Assembly: GCF_001997385.1 (NCBI RefSeq)
Contig: NZ_CP019633.1
Span: 1,230,001-1,262,000 of the forward strand
Direction: 5' to 3'
Source of the DNA: Sedimentisphaera cyanobacteriorum
GTDB lineage: Bacteria > Planctomycetota > Phycisphaerae > Sedimentisphaerales > Sedimentisphaeraceae
Length of the DNA: 32,000 nucleotides
Made by a program: the position numbers and the translations under genes. This document shows positions 24,872 to 31,606 of this stretch, piece after piece. Every line of letters starts with the position of its first letter. Position 1 is the stretch's first letter. A model generated the notes under the pieces. The model was not told the DNA's origin. It made no database searches and worked only from the letters and a program-made list of their open reading frames with translations.

Positions 24872-26173
24872 CTATGCCTTCCAAACCTTTTTCTTCGTTC
24901 CGCGTAGGCGGTCGCAGGCGTTTCTTGTATCGATTACGAGCTGGGCGTTATCGGTTATCATCTGGTAGTCGTAGTGTGAGTGGTCTGTTGCGATAAGCAC
25001 AGCATCGAAGCCTTTGAGCATATTTGCCGTAATCTTTTTGCTCTTCATCCGCAGGTCGTATTTTCTCTGCTTCCAAGTTTCGGGGATATACGGGTCGTTA
25101 TAGCTCACTTTCGCCCCCTTATCCCGCAGGCGTTCAATCAGCTCAAGCGAGGGAGACTCCCGCACATCGTCTATATCCTTCTTATACGCAAGGCCGAGGA
25201 CGAGGATTTTCGCCCCGTTTATCGCCTTCTTATGGCTGTTCAGCGCTTCCATCGTTCTGTGGATCACGTATTCGGGCATTGAGGTGTTTATCTCGCCGGC
25301 AAGCTCGATGAACTTGGTCGGGAGGCCATACTGCCTCGCCCGCCATGTGAGGTAGAACGGGTCTATGGGGATGCAGTGGCCGCCGAGGCCGGGGCCGGGA
25401 TAGAATGCCTGGAAGCCGAAGGGCTTTGTTTTGGCGGCGTTTATCACGCTCCATACGTCTATGCCCATGCGGTCGAAGAGCATCTTGAGCTCGTTTACCA
25501 TAGCGATGTTGATGCAGCGGTAGGTGTTTTCGATGATCTTGGCGGCCTCGGCCACCTCGCAGCTCTCCACCGGCACAAGCTGCTCGATTGCCCAGCTGTA
25601 AATCTGCTCTGCCATTTTGAGCGAGGGCTTATTCAGCCCGCCTACAACCTTGGGGATTGTGCCTGTGCGGAAGGATTTGTTGCCCGGGTCTTCGCGTTCG
25701 GGAGAGTATGCGAGGAAGAAATCCTCGCCGGCAGTGAGGCCTGAGCCGTGCTCGAGAATGGGGAGCATAAGCTCTCTGGTTGTGCCCGGGTAGGTTGTGC
25801 TTTCGAGAACGATGAGCTGGCCTTTCCGCATATTCTCGGCGATCGTGCGGCAGGTGTTTTCCACGTACGTCATATCCGGTTCGCGGTTTTCCGTAAGCGG
25901 GGTGGGTACGCAAATCAGCAGGCAGTCCGGCTCGTTTAAGCGGGACATATCGGTTGTGCCCTCGAAGCGGCCTGTATCAACCATACCTGCAACCTGCTCG
26001 TTTGGAATGTGCTTGAGCGGGCTGCTTCCTGCATTGATGCGTTCTACGCTCTGCTGATTTACATCGAAGCCCAGCACATTCGCCCCGCCTTCGGCAAATT
26101 CCCTTGCCAGCGGCAGGCCTACATAACCAAGGCCAACTATCCCCACGTAAGGGGCTTTATCGCTTTTACTCAT
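24872..26173 (-). CDS. Nucleotide-sugar 6-dehydrogenase, UDP-N-acetylhexosamine dehydrogenase-like (WbpA/WbpO/TviB family)
   Basis: 433 aa. Motifs VGIVGLGYVGLPLAREFAEGG, ICVPTPL, YSPEREDPGN and GPGLGGHCIPIDPFYLTW (catalytic Cys) are present. Substrate specificity cannot be fixed from sequence alone. Confidence 0.88.
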   Translation of the reverse strand: MSKSDKAPYVGIVGLGYVGLPLAREFAEGGANVLGFDVNQQSVERINAGSSPLKHIPNEQVAGMVDTGRFEGTTDMSRLNEPDCLLICVPTPLTENREPDMTYVENTCRTIAENMRKGQLIVLESTTYPGTTRELMLPILEHGSGLTAGEDFFLAYSPEREDPGNKSFRTGTIPKVVGGLNKPSLKMAEQIYSWAIEQLVPVESCEVAEAAKIIENTYRCINIAMVNELKMLFDRMGIDVWSVINAAKTKPFGFQAFYPGPGLGGHCIPIDPFYLTWRARQYGLPTKFIELAGEINTSMPEYVIHRTMEALNSHKKAINGAKILVLGLAYKKDIDDVRESPSLELIERLRDKGAKVSYNDPYIPETWKQRKYDLRMKSKKITANMLKGFDAVLIATDHSHYDYQMITDNAQLVIDTRNACDRLRGTKKKVWKA

Positions 26174-26218
26174 AACAATACGTCCTGTTTTTGCTGATCA
26201 GAGTTTATGATGCAGAGC

Positions 26219-26227
26219 ATTATAACA
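26219..26227 (-). promoter_or_regulatory. Candidate extended -10 element (TGTTATAAT) upstream of the dehydrogenase gene
   Basis: The minus strand reads gatTGTTATAATgctc, ending 45 nt upstream of ATG 26173. No convincing -35 element. AGGAC lies 8 nt before the ATG. Confidence 0.3.
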
Positions 26228-26234
26228 ATCAGCC

Positions 26235-26417
26235 TTATAATTTCACTAACTTTTCTGCGTTTAACAATATTAAAATAATATATTTTCCCCCTGAGCTGTA
26301 AACCCTGCTTGAACAGCGTATTAAAACTGCTTTGCCGGAAAGCTTTTTGCCAGGGTAAGGCAGAAGCAAGTCGTCCTTTGCAGCCTTCAGCCATTCATTT
26401 GCGGGGCAGTTTTTCAC
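26235..26417 (-). pseudogene. Degraded HEPN-like remnant (partner of the frameshifted MNT copy)
   Basis: The ORF starts at a GTG that overlaps the MNT' stop (GTGA). The first ~17 aa (KNCPANEWLKAAKDDL) resemble the HEPN N-terminus; compare AAKQWLEKSFHNLSAAEIL in the intact copy. The remainder has no HEPN features and no Rx4H motif. Confidence 0.35.
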
Positions 26418-26747
26418 AGCAAACGCACCCCTCTATCTAAGAGCTCTTTGGAAAATGAGCTTCCGATCTCAATAAATCTTCCGTGCATACGTTTTGTATG
26501 GACAATTAAATCTATCGGCACGCTTTTTCTGATATCCCTGATTTTTCGAGCAACTTTCAAATATATCTCGTTTTTCTCGTCCCAGTTTTGGGGTATATAA
26601 TCATCTTTAGTTACAACGTACAGATCAATATCGCTGTCCTGATCGGGGCGGCCTTCGGCGTACGAACCGAATAAGGATCACACTTTCAGGATTAAGCGGC
26701 TTCAGGTTTCCCACTATTTCCGATTTTATTTTTTCTATATTAACCAC
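26414..26747 (-). pseudogene. Second minimal nucleotidyltransferase (MNT) copy, disrupted by a 1-nt frameshift
   Basis: From GTG 26747 the frame reads VVNIEKIKSEIVGNLKPLNPESVIL. An extra base at ~26672 then shifts the frame, producing a stop at 26627-26625. Reading past the extra base restores FGSYAEGRPDQDSDIDLYVVTKDDYIPQNWDEKNEIYLKVARKIRDIRKSVPIDLIVHTKRMHGRFIEIGSSFSKELLDRGVRLL*, a complete MNT with the GS...DxD motif. Confidence 0.65.
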
Positions 26748-26750
26748 TAC

Positions 26751-27149
26751 TTACTCAGAATCTATACATAAGATATTGATAACATTAATGTGCAGGCGTT
26801 TGGATAGAGCTAAAATATTAGCAATTTCAGTTCTATCAGGCATAATTAGACCACCTATCGGATAACGCTCTTCAACATAGAATTTTGTAGCCTTTGCAAG
26901 CAACAACACATCTGCATCTGAAATACAGATGCAATCAGAAACAAGTTCATAAAGTTCAACAAGATTGTGTGTTTTAGGGATTCTGGCATTTTCAAAAGCC
27001 ATAAAAGCCTTTAGCATTTTCTCCAAAGCCTGTTGCAACTCTTGGCCAATTACATCAGTATAATGATTGGCATTCATCAAAATTTCGGCGGCAGAAAGAT
27101 TATGAAAAGATTTTTCCAGCCATTGTTTTGCAGCAGTTTTATTTGGCAT
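26751..27149 (-). CDS. HEPN-domain protein (putative RNase toxin of an MNT-HEPN pair)
   Basis: Track ORF 26751-27200. The likely start is ATG 27149 (MPNKTAAKQWLEKSFHNLSAAEIL), overlapping the MNT stop by 11 nt. It contains ENARIPKTHNL, an R-x4-H motif, and a FYVEERYP segment typical of PF05168-like HEPN proteins. Confidence 0.78.
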   Translation of the reverse strand: MPNKTAAKQWLEKSFHNLSAAEILMNANHYTDVIGQELQQALEKMLKAFMAFENARIPKTHNLVELYELVSDCICISDADVLLLAKATKFYVEERYPIGGLIMPDRTEIANILALSKRLHINVINILCIDSE

Positions 27150-27477
27150 ACAACACCACACCATGATCAATAAGGTTTGTCTTGAAGAAGTAATCTTCAC
27201 GAGTCTCTAAAAACTGTTTTCCAGAAGAAAAGACATCAAATCCTATTTTATACTTCTTAATCAATGTCCTCAAAGCCATCAGGGCATCAGTATCAAATTC
27301 GCATCGCTGAGACTCATATCCTGCTTTAACGAGAAACAAATCGATATCGCTATCTTCATTGGCAGTTCCGCTTGCATAGGAGCCAAAGAGGATTATCTTT
27401 TCAGGATTAAGCGGTTTTAGACTCTCTACTATTTCCGATTTTATTTTTTCGATCTCAACCATAAATATCTGTTGCAT
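27139..27477 (-). CDS. Minimal nucleotidyltransferase (MNT, NTP_transf_2-like; putative antitoxin)
   Basis: 112 aa. KIILFGSYASGTANEDSDIDLFLV matches the G-S...D-x-D polymerase-beta-type motif. ATG 27477 overlaps the epimerase stop (TAATG). By comparison with the second copy, the true start may be MVEIEKIK at 27462. Confidence 0.85.
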   Translation of the reverse strand: MQQIFMVEIEKIKSEIVESLKPLNPEKIILFGSYASGTANEDSDIDLFLVKAGYESQRCEFDTDALMALRTLIKKYKIGFDVFSSGKQFLETREDYFFKTNLIDHGVVLYAK

Positions 27478-28529
27478 TAGACGTTATAAAACTCGCGATA
27501 CCACTGCACAAAGCGTCTTACGCCGTCTTGTATCGGCGTGTTTGGTCGGTAGCCGAGGTCTTCTGTAAGGTCTGTAACGTCTGCCCATGTAGCAGGCACG
27601 TCTCCGGGCTGGATGGGCATCATATTCTTCTGAGCCTGTTTTCCCGCGGCTTTCTCGATCGCCTCGATAAAGTCCATAAGCCTTACAGGCGAGCTGTTGC
27701 CTATGTTATACACTTTGAACGGGGCTATCGAGCTGCCCGGGTCGGGATTCATTCCAGACCAGTCTTCCCTGCCCTTGGCCGGATTATCAATAACGCGTTT
27801 AACGCCTTCTACAATATCATCTATATATGTAAAATCACGCTTCATATCGCCGTAGTTATACACATCTATCGGCCTGCCCTCAAGGATCGCCTTGGTGAAT
27901 ATAAACAGAGCCATATCCGGTCTTCCCCAAGGCCCGTAAACAGTGAAGAATCTCAGGCCGGTTGTCGGTATGCTGTATAGGTGGCTGTAGCAGTGCGCCA
28001 TAAGCTCGTTGCTCTTTTTGCTGGCGGCATACAGGCTCACTGGATGGTCAATATTATCGGAGGTGCTGAAGGGCATTTTCTCATTCAGCCCGTAAACGCT
28101 GGAGCTGCTGGCATAGGCGAGATGCTCTATCTCGCTTTTTCTGCAAGCCTCAAGGATGTTGATAAAGCCCACAATATTCGCATCCACATACGCCCTTGGA
28201 TTTTCGAGGCTGTAGCGAACGCCGGCCTGAGCGGCAAGATTGCACACTCGGTCGAACTTTTCCTGCTCGAAAAGCTTTTGCAGATTCTCGCCGTTTTCAA
28301 GCTTTAGCTTTATGAAGCGATAGTTTTCGTATTTCGAGCTCTGAATCAGCTTTCCGTATTCGATATCTTCCGGAGAGATGCCGGTTTCACGGAGCCGGCC
28401 GTACTTAACGTTGACGTCGTAGTAGTCGTTTACACTGTCTAAACCTACAACCTCATCTCCCCTTTCAAGGAGCACTCTTGCAAGGTGAAAACCGATGAAT
28501 CCGACTGTTCCGGTAACTAAAATTTTCAT
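27477..28529 (-). CDS. NAD-dependent nucleotide-sugar 4-epimerase, UDP-glucuronate 4-epimerase-like (Cap1J/GAE/LpsL family)
   Basis: 350 aa. Motifs [69 protein letters not shown] and [15 protein letters not shown]. First gene of the minus-strand locus. Confidence 0.88.
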   Translation of the reverse strand: MKILVTGTVGFIGFHLARVLLERGDEVVGLDSVNDYYDVNVKYGRLRETGISPEDIEYGKLIQSSKYENYRFIKLKLENGENLQKLFEQEKFDRVCNLAAQAGVRYSLENPRAYVDANIVGFINILEACRKSEIEHLAYASSSSVYGLNEKMPFSTSDNIDHPVSLYAASKKSNELMAHCYSHLYSIPTTGLRFFTVYGPWGRPDMALFIFTKAILEGRPIDVYNYGDMKRDFTYIDDIVEGVKRVIDNPAKGREDWSGMNPDPGSSIAPFKVYNIGNSSPVRLMDFIEAIEKAAGKQAQKNMMPIQPGDVPATWADVTDLTEDLGYRPNTPIQDGVRRFVQWYREFYNV

Positions 28530-28633
28530 TCTCAGCCTTTACTGAAATATTGTTTTTTAACCAATTCAATCACTAAATGCAGCTGGTGCTGTATTCAAAG
28601 CTGCAAGGAAACCCTGCATACGTTATTTTGCGT

Positions 28634-28661
28634 ATTCTAATAATAAAAGTTTTCTGTGCAA
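28634..28661 (-). promoter_or_regulatory. Candidate sigma70-type promoter for the polysaccharide locus
   Basis: The minus strand reads TTGCAC - 16 nt - TAGAAT, about 105 nt upstream of the epimerase ATG. Identified by sequence pattern only. Confidence 0.3.
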
Positions 28662-28746
28662 GCAAATACGGCTTTTGAAGACTCTTTGATAAGCAATAAA
28701 AACAGGCTAAAATCCCGTTTTTCGGTTTTCCGCCATTATTTATTGC

Positions 28747-28775
28747 TTGACAGAACGAGGCTGAAAATGTATCTT
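28747..28775 (+). promoter_or_regulatory. Candidate sigma70-type promoter for rpsB
   Basis: TTGACA (28747-28752), a 17-nt spacer, then TATCTT (28770-28775), about 68 nt upstream of the rpsB start codon. Confidence 0.45.
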
Positions 28776-28785
28776 CTGCGTTCTT

Positions 28786-28805
28786 ATCCTTCGACGTAGA
28801 AGGAT
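28786..28805 (+). promoter_or_regulatory. Perfect 7-bp hairpin in the rpsB leader
   Basis: ATCCTTC gacgta GAAGGAT, located between the candidate promoter and the AGGAG Shine-Dalgarno. Function unknown. Confidence 0.25.
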
Positions 28806-28842
28806 TTACAACTTATTATTTTTTAATTTAGGAGTAAACTTC

Positions 28843-29844
28843 GTGAATAAGGATTTGGCACGCCAGCTGATAGAAGCAGGCGTACACTTCGGTCACGGAG
28901 CATCCCGCTGGCATCCTAAGATGGCACCGTACATCTTCGCCAAACGCGGAATGATCCACATTATTAACGTGAAGGAAACACTCAAGGGGCTGCTGATAGC
29001 TAAAAAGCTCCTTACCATGGTGGTTTCTTCGGGCAAAGACGTGATTTTCGTAGGCACGAAGCGTCAGGCAAAAAAGGCCGTTACAGACGCAGCCAAACAG
29101 ACCGGAATGCACTTTATCCCAAACCGCTGGCTTGGAGGTACGCTGACAAACTTCCGTACAATCCGTCAGAGGGTTCTGAGGATGGAACAGCTCGAAAAGA
29201 TGGAGCAGGACGGGTCTATCGAGAGCGAAAGCAAGAAGATGGGCGCTATGCTCAAGCGTGAGCTTAACAAGATCAAATCGAATCTTGACGGTCTCCGCGG
29301 CCTCAACAAACTCCCGGGAGCGGTAGTTGTTGTTGACGTAATGAAAGAGAAGAACGCCCTGAGTGAAGCAAAGAAGCTCAAGATCCCTACCATCGGAATC
29401 ATTGATACAAACTCAAATCCGGATATGGTGGATGTTGCGATACCGGGCAATGATGACTCAACAAAGGCTGTTGACATTATTCTTCACGAGCTCGCTTCTG
29501 CTGTTGCAGAAGGCAAAACGCTTGCACGCATTCAGGCTGCTTCAGAAGATGAAGGCAAAACCAAGACCAGAAGCAAGAGAAAGCCGAGAAAGCCTCAGGA
29601 CAAACGTGCTCCCGCCCCGTCAGATAAAGGCGAAAAGAAGAAATCTGAGCCCAAAGACGGCGATAAGAAAGCTTCTGAAGCTCAGGAACAAAAACCTGAA
29701 AAAACAGCTGAGCAGAAGCCTGAGCAGGAAACAGAATCCAAGAAAGAAGATTCTGAACCCAAACAGGCTCAAGATTCAAAGCCTGAAGGTCAGGAAAAAA
29801 GCTCTGAAGAGAAAAAGGGCGAAAAACCTGAGCCTTCCGTCTAA
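28843..29844 (+). CDS. rpsB: 30S ribosomal protein S2 with a long K/E/P-rich C-terminal extension
   Basis: 333 aa, GTG start, AGGAG 8 nt upstream. Motifs: LIEAGVHFGHGASRWHPKM, IHIINVKETL, FVGTKRQA, RWLGGTLTNF and IIDTNSNPD. The last ~100 aa are low-complexity (KTRSKRKPRKPQDK...EQKPEKTAEQKPEQETESKKED...). Confidence 0.95.
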   Translation: MNKDLARQLIEAGVHFGHGASRWHPKMAPYIFAKRGMIHIINVKETLKGLLIAKKLLTMVVSSGKDVIFVGTKRQAKKAVTDAAKQTGMHFIPNRWLGGTLTNFRTIRQRVLRMEQLEKMEQDGSIESESKKMGAMLKRELNKIKSNLDGLRGLNKLPGAVVVVDVMKEKNALSEAKKLKIPTIGIIDTNSNPDMVDVAIPGNDDSTKAVDIILHELASAVAEGKTLARIQAASEDEGKTKTRSKRKPRKPQDKRAPAPSDKGEKKKSEPKDGDKKASEAQEQKPEKTAEQKPEQETESKKEDSEPKQAQDSKPEGQEKSSEEKKGEKPEPSV

Positions 29845-29928
29845 GAGAGCAAGACTTCTGAGAATGCTACCTCTGCTGAGAATCAGTCTTAAAGGGCTGT
29901 AGAAAATTTTGTTAGAATGTAATTTAAT

Positions 29929-29975
29929 CCTGCAGAATCCGGGAAAATGGCTTCCCGGAACTGCAGGTTTGTTTG
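29929..29975 (+). terminator. Possible attenuator/partial terminator between rpsB and tsf
   Basis: CCTGCAG aat CCGGGAA aatggc TTCCCGG aa CTGCAGG forms two 7-bp helices, followed by tttgtttgg. Confidence 0.35.
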
Positions 29976-30010
29976 GTATTAGATGCAGAATATTTCGGAG
30001 ATAAATAAAG

Positions 30011-30835
30011 ATGGCTGAAATAAACGCTTCCGATGTAATGAAACTCCGCAAAATGAGCGGGCAGGGAATGATGGACTGCAAGAAGGCCCTCGCCGAAACC
30101 AACGGCGACCTCGATGAGGCAATGACCCTCCTTCGCAAGAAGGGGCTTGCCACAATGGCAAAAAGAGCAGACCGCAGCGCTTCAGAGGGCAAAGTTACCG
30201 TTAAGAGCTCAGGGAAAGATACCGTACTGACCTCCCTTTGCTGCGAGACGGACTTTGTTGCAAAGAACGATGATTTCAAAGAGGTAGCTGAGAAGGTTGC
30301 AGATGCAGCACTTCAGGCAGCTCCGGGCAGCGAGCTTAGCGAACAGGAAATCGACGGCAAAAAGGTTTCCGAGCTGATTACCGAGCTTGTGAGCAAAACA
30401 GGCGAGAAAACCGAAATCGGCGACTGGGCAAAGCTGAGCTCTGAAGAGAATACAGTTGTGGGCTCATACGTTCATTTCAACAACAAAATGGGCGCTCTTG
30501 TGAAGATAGCCTGCGAGAGCCCTTCCGAAAAGCTTCAGAAGCTTGCTGATGAGGTGTGCATGCACATTACAGCTGTTAAGCCGATGGCTCTGGATGCGGA
30601 AAGCTTCGATCAGGAAGTTATCGAGAAGGAAAGAGAAATCGCCAAGGAGCAGATGAAAGATAAGCCTGCTCAGATTATTGATAAGATTGTTGAAGGCAAG
30701 ATCAACAAGATGATTTCCGAGAACTGCCTTGTAAATCAGAAATTCGTTAAGAATGAAGAAATGACTGTCGAAGAGGCAGTTAAAGGTGCAGGCGGGTCTA
30801 AGATTCTTGCTTTTGAAAGAGTAGCAATAGGCTAA
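30011..30835 (+). CDS. tsf: Translation elongation factor Ts
   Basis: 274 aa. The N-terminal UBA-like motif VMKLRKMSGQGMMDCKKALAETNGDLDEAMTLLRKKGLA is present, plus CETDFVAKNDDF. GGAG lies upstream, and the gene immediately follows rpsB. Confidence 0.95.
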   Translation: MAEINASDVMKLRKMSGQGMMDCKKALAETNGDLDEAMTLLRKKGLATMAKRADRSASEGKVTVKSSGKDTVLTSLCCETDFVAKNDDFKEVAEKVADAALQAAPGSELSEQEIDGKKVSELITELVSKTGEKTEIGDWAKLSSEENTVVGSYVHFNNKMGALVKIACESPSEKLQKLADEVCMHITAVKPMALDAESFDQEVIEKEREIAKEQMKDKPAQIIDKIVEGKINKMISENCLVNQKFVKNEEMTVEEAVKGAGGSKILAFERVAIG

Positions 30836-30857
30836 AGCATAAATAATGACACCCTCA

Positions 30858-30890
30858 GGCGTTCGGCGGAGATTCTGCCGAACGTCTTTT
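30858..30890 (+). terminator. Rho-independent terminator after tsf
   Basis: GGCGTTCGGC ggagattct GCCGAACGTC forms an 8-bp perfect core plus G-U and G-C extensions, followed by TTTT. It begins 23 nt after the tsf stop. Confidence 0.6.
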
Positions 30891-30908
30891 AACTCAGGGA
30901 GCTTGAAA

Positions 30909-31475
30909 TTGACTGAAAATATAATCAGTGAATACATTTTTGAACACAGAAAAGCTCTCGACAACTTTGAGAAAAACAGCAGCGACTCACTCACTCGGGC
31001 AGCAGAGATAATAGCGAAAACCTTCAAAAAGGGAGGCAGGATATATCTCTGCGGCAACGGCGGGTCTGCGGCGGACTGCTCGCATATTGCAAGCGAGCTA
31101 GTAGGCCGGTTTAAGAAAGAACGCAAGGCAATGCCCGCTATGACATTCACAGCCGATCCGGCAGTTTTCACGAGCCTTGGAAACGATTTCAACTATTCCA
31201 GCATATTCCTAAGGCAGGTTGAGGCTTATGTAAGAAAGGGGGATATCCTTTGGGCTATCTCCACAAGCGGAAGCTCTGAGAACGTGCTCAAGGCTATCCT
31301 GAAAGCCAAGCAAATCGGGGCTGAGATAATCTCACTCACTGGCAGGCCTAATTCCATTATCGAATCCCATTCCAACTGCTGCATCTGCGCTAACACCGAA
31401 ATCACAAGCACCGCTCAGGAAATACACGTTTTAGCATACCATATTATCTGCGGGATGGTAGAAGAGCTGATTTAA
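30909..31475 (+). CDS. gmhA: SIS-domain D-sedoheptulose-7-phosphate isomerase (GmhA-like; the DiaA family cannot be excluded)
   Basis: Track ORF 30846-31475. The ATG at 30846 would read through the tsf terminator, so I prefer TTG 30909 (or 30903), downstream of CAGGGAG. Motifs: GGRIYLCGNGGSAADCSHIASELVGRF, DILWAISTSGSSENVLKAILKAKQIGAEIISLTG and AQEIHVLAYHII. Confidence 0.78.
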   Translation: MTENIISEYIFEHRKALDNFEKNSSDSLTRAAEIIAKTFKKGGRIYLCGNGGSAADCSHIASELVGRFKKERKAMPAMTFTADPAVFTSLGNDFNYSSIFLRQVEAYVRKGDILWAISTSGSSENVLKAILKAKQIGAEIISLTGRPNSIIESHSNCCICANTEITSTAQEIHVLAYHIICGMVEELI

Positions 31476-31549
31476 CCAGCACAAAAGAAACTTGATTCTG
31501 CAGCACTTTATTCCATTCAGATTTTTGCTGGAACAAACACTTCTTGGAT

Positions 31550-31577
31550 TTGTCAAACAATTAAGACAAATTATTAT
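31550..31577 (+). promoter_or_regulatory. Candidate promoter for the DUF4139-like gene
   Basis: TTGTCA - 16 nt - TATTAT, about 30 nt upstream of ATG 31607. AAGGAG Shine-Dalgarno at 31595-31600. Confidence 0.3.
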
Positions 31578-31606
31578 ATATTAAAATATATTTCAAGGAG
31601 TTTAAG

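Larger units (their letters stand above)
1..28529 (-). other. Wzx/Wzy-dependent heteropolysaccharide (O-antigen/EPS/capsule-like) biosynthesis gene cluster, all genes on the minus strand
   Basis: Roughly 29 tightly packed co-directional genes and gene remnants, many with overlapping stop/start codons. They encode sugar-nucleotide pathways, glycosyltransferases, acetyltransferases, a flippase and a polymerase. Confidence 0.9.

Noticed and set aside
24980-26197. Multiple 60-120-aa ORFs on both strands within the dehydrogenase gene
   Set aside because: The Arg/Pro/Ala/Gly-rich translations are characteristic of alternative frames in higher-GC coding sequence. The 433-aa frame carries all the dehydrogenase motifs.
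26170-26394. 74-aa ORF overlapping the dehydrogenase start, considered as a frameshifted continuation of the HEPN remnant
   Set aside because: I could not recognise HEPN helices or an Rx4H motif in it. The similarity is too weak to support anything beyond noting remnant DNA.
28530-28842. JUMPstart/ops (GGCGGTAG) antitermination element or riboswitch in the locus leader, and a weak hairpin at about 28693-28720
   Set aside because: No ops-like 8-mer occurs on either strand. The hairpin has a mismatch, only 5-6 bp, and no clear functional context.
29166-30279. ORFs 29363-29902(+), 29166-29477(-), 29477-29779(-), 29776-30279(-) and 29979-30161(-)
   Set aside because: These are alternative frames of the repetitive K/E-rich rpsB tail and the tsf 5' region. 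They have biased composition, no start-site signals, and overlap essential conserved genes.
30846-30908. ATG 30846 as the gmhA start codon
   Set aside because: It would add about 20 non-conserved residues and translate through the tsf terminator hairpin. A downstream TTG with an upstream CAGGGAG gives a canonical-length N-terminus.
30464-31192. 242-aa minus-strand ORF spanning tsf, the terminator and gmhA
   Set aside because: It is antisense to two well-supported genes, crosses an intergenic terminator, and has no recognisable motif.
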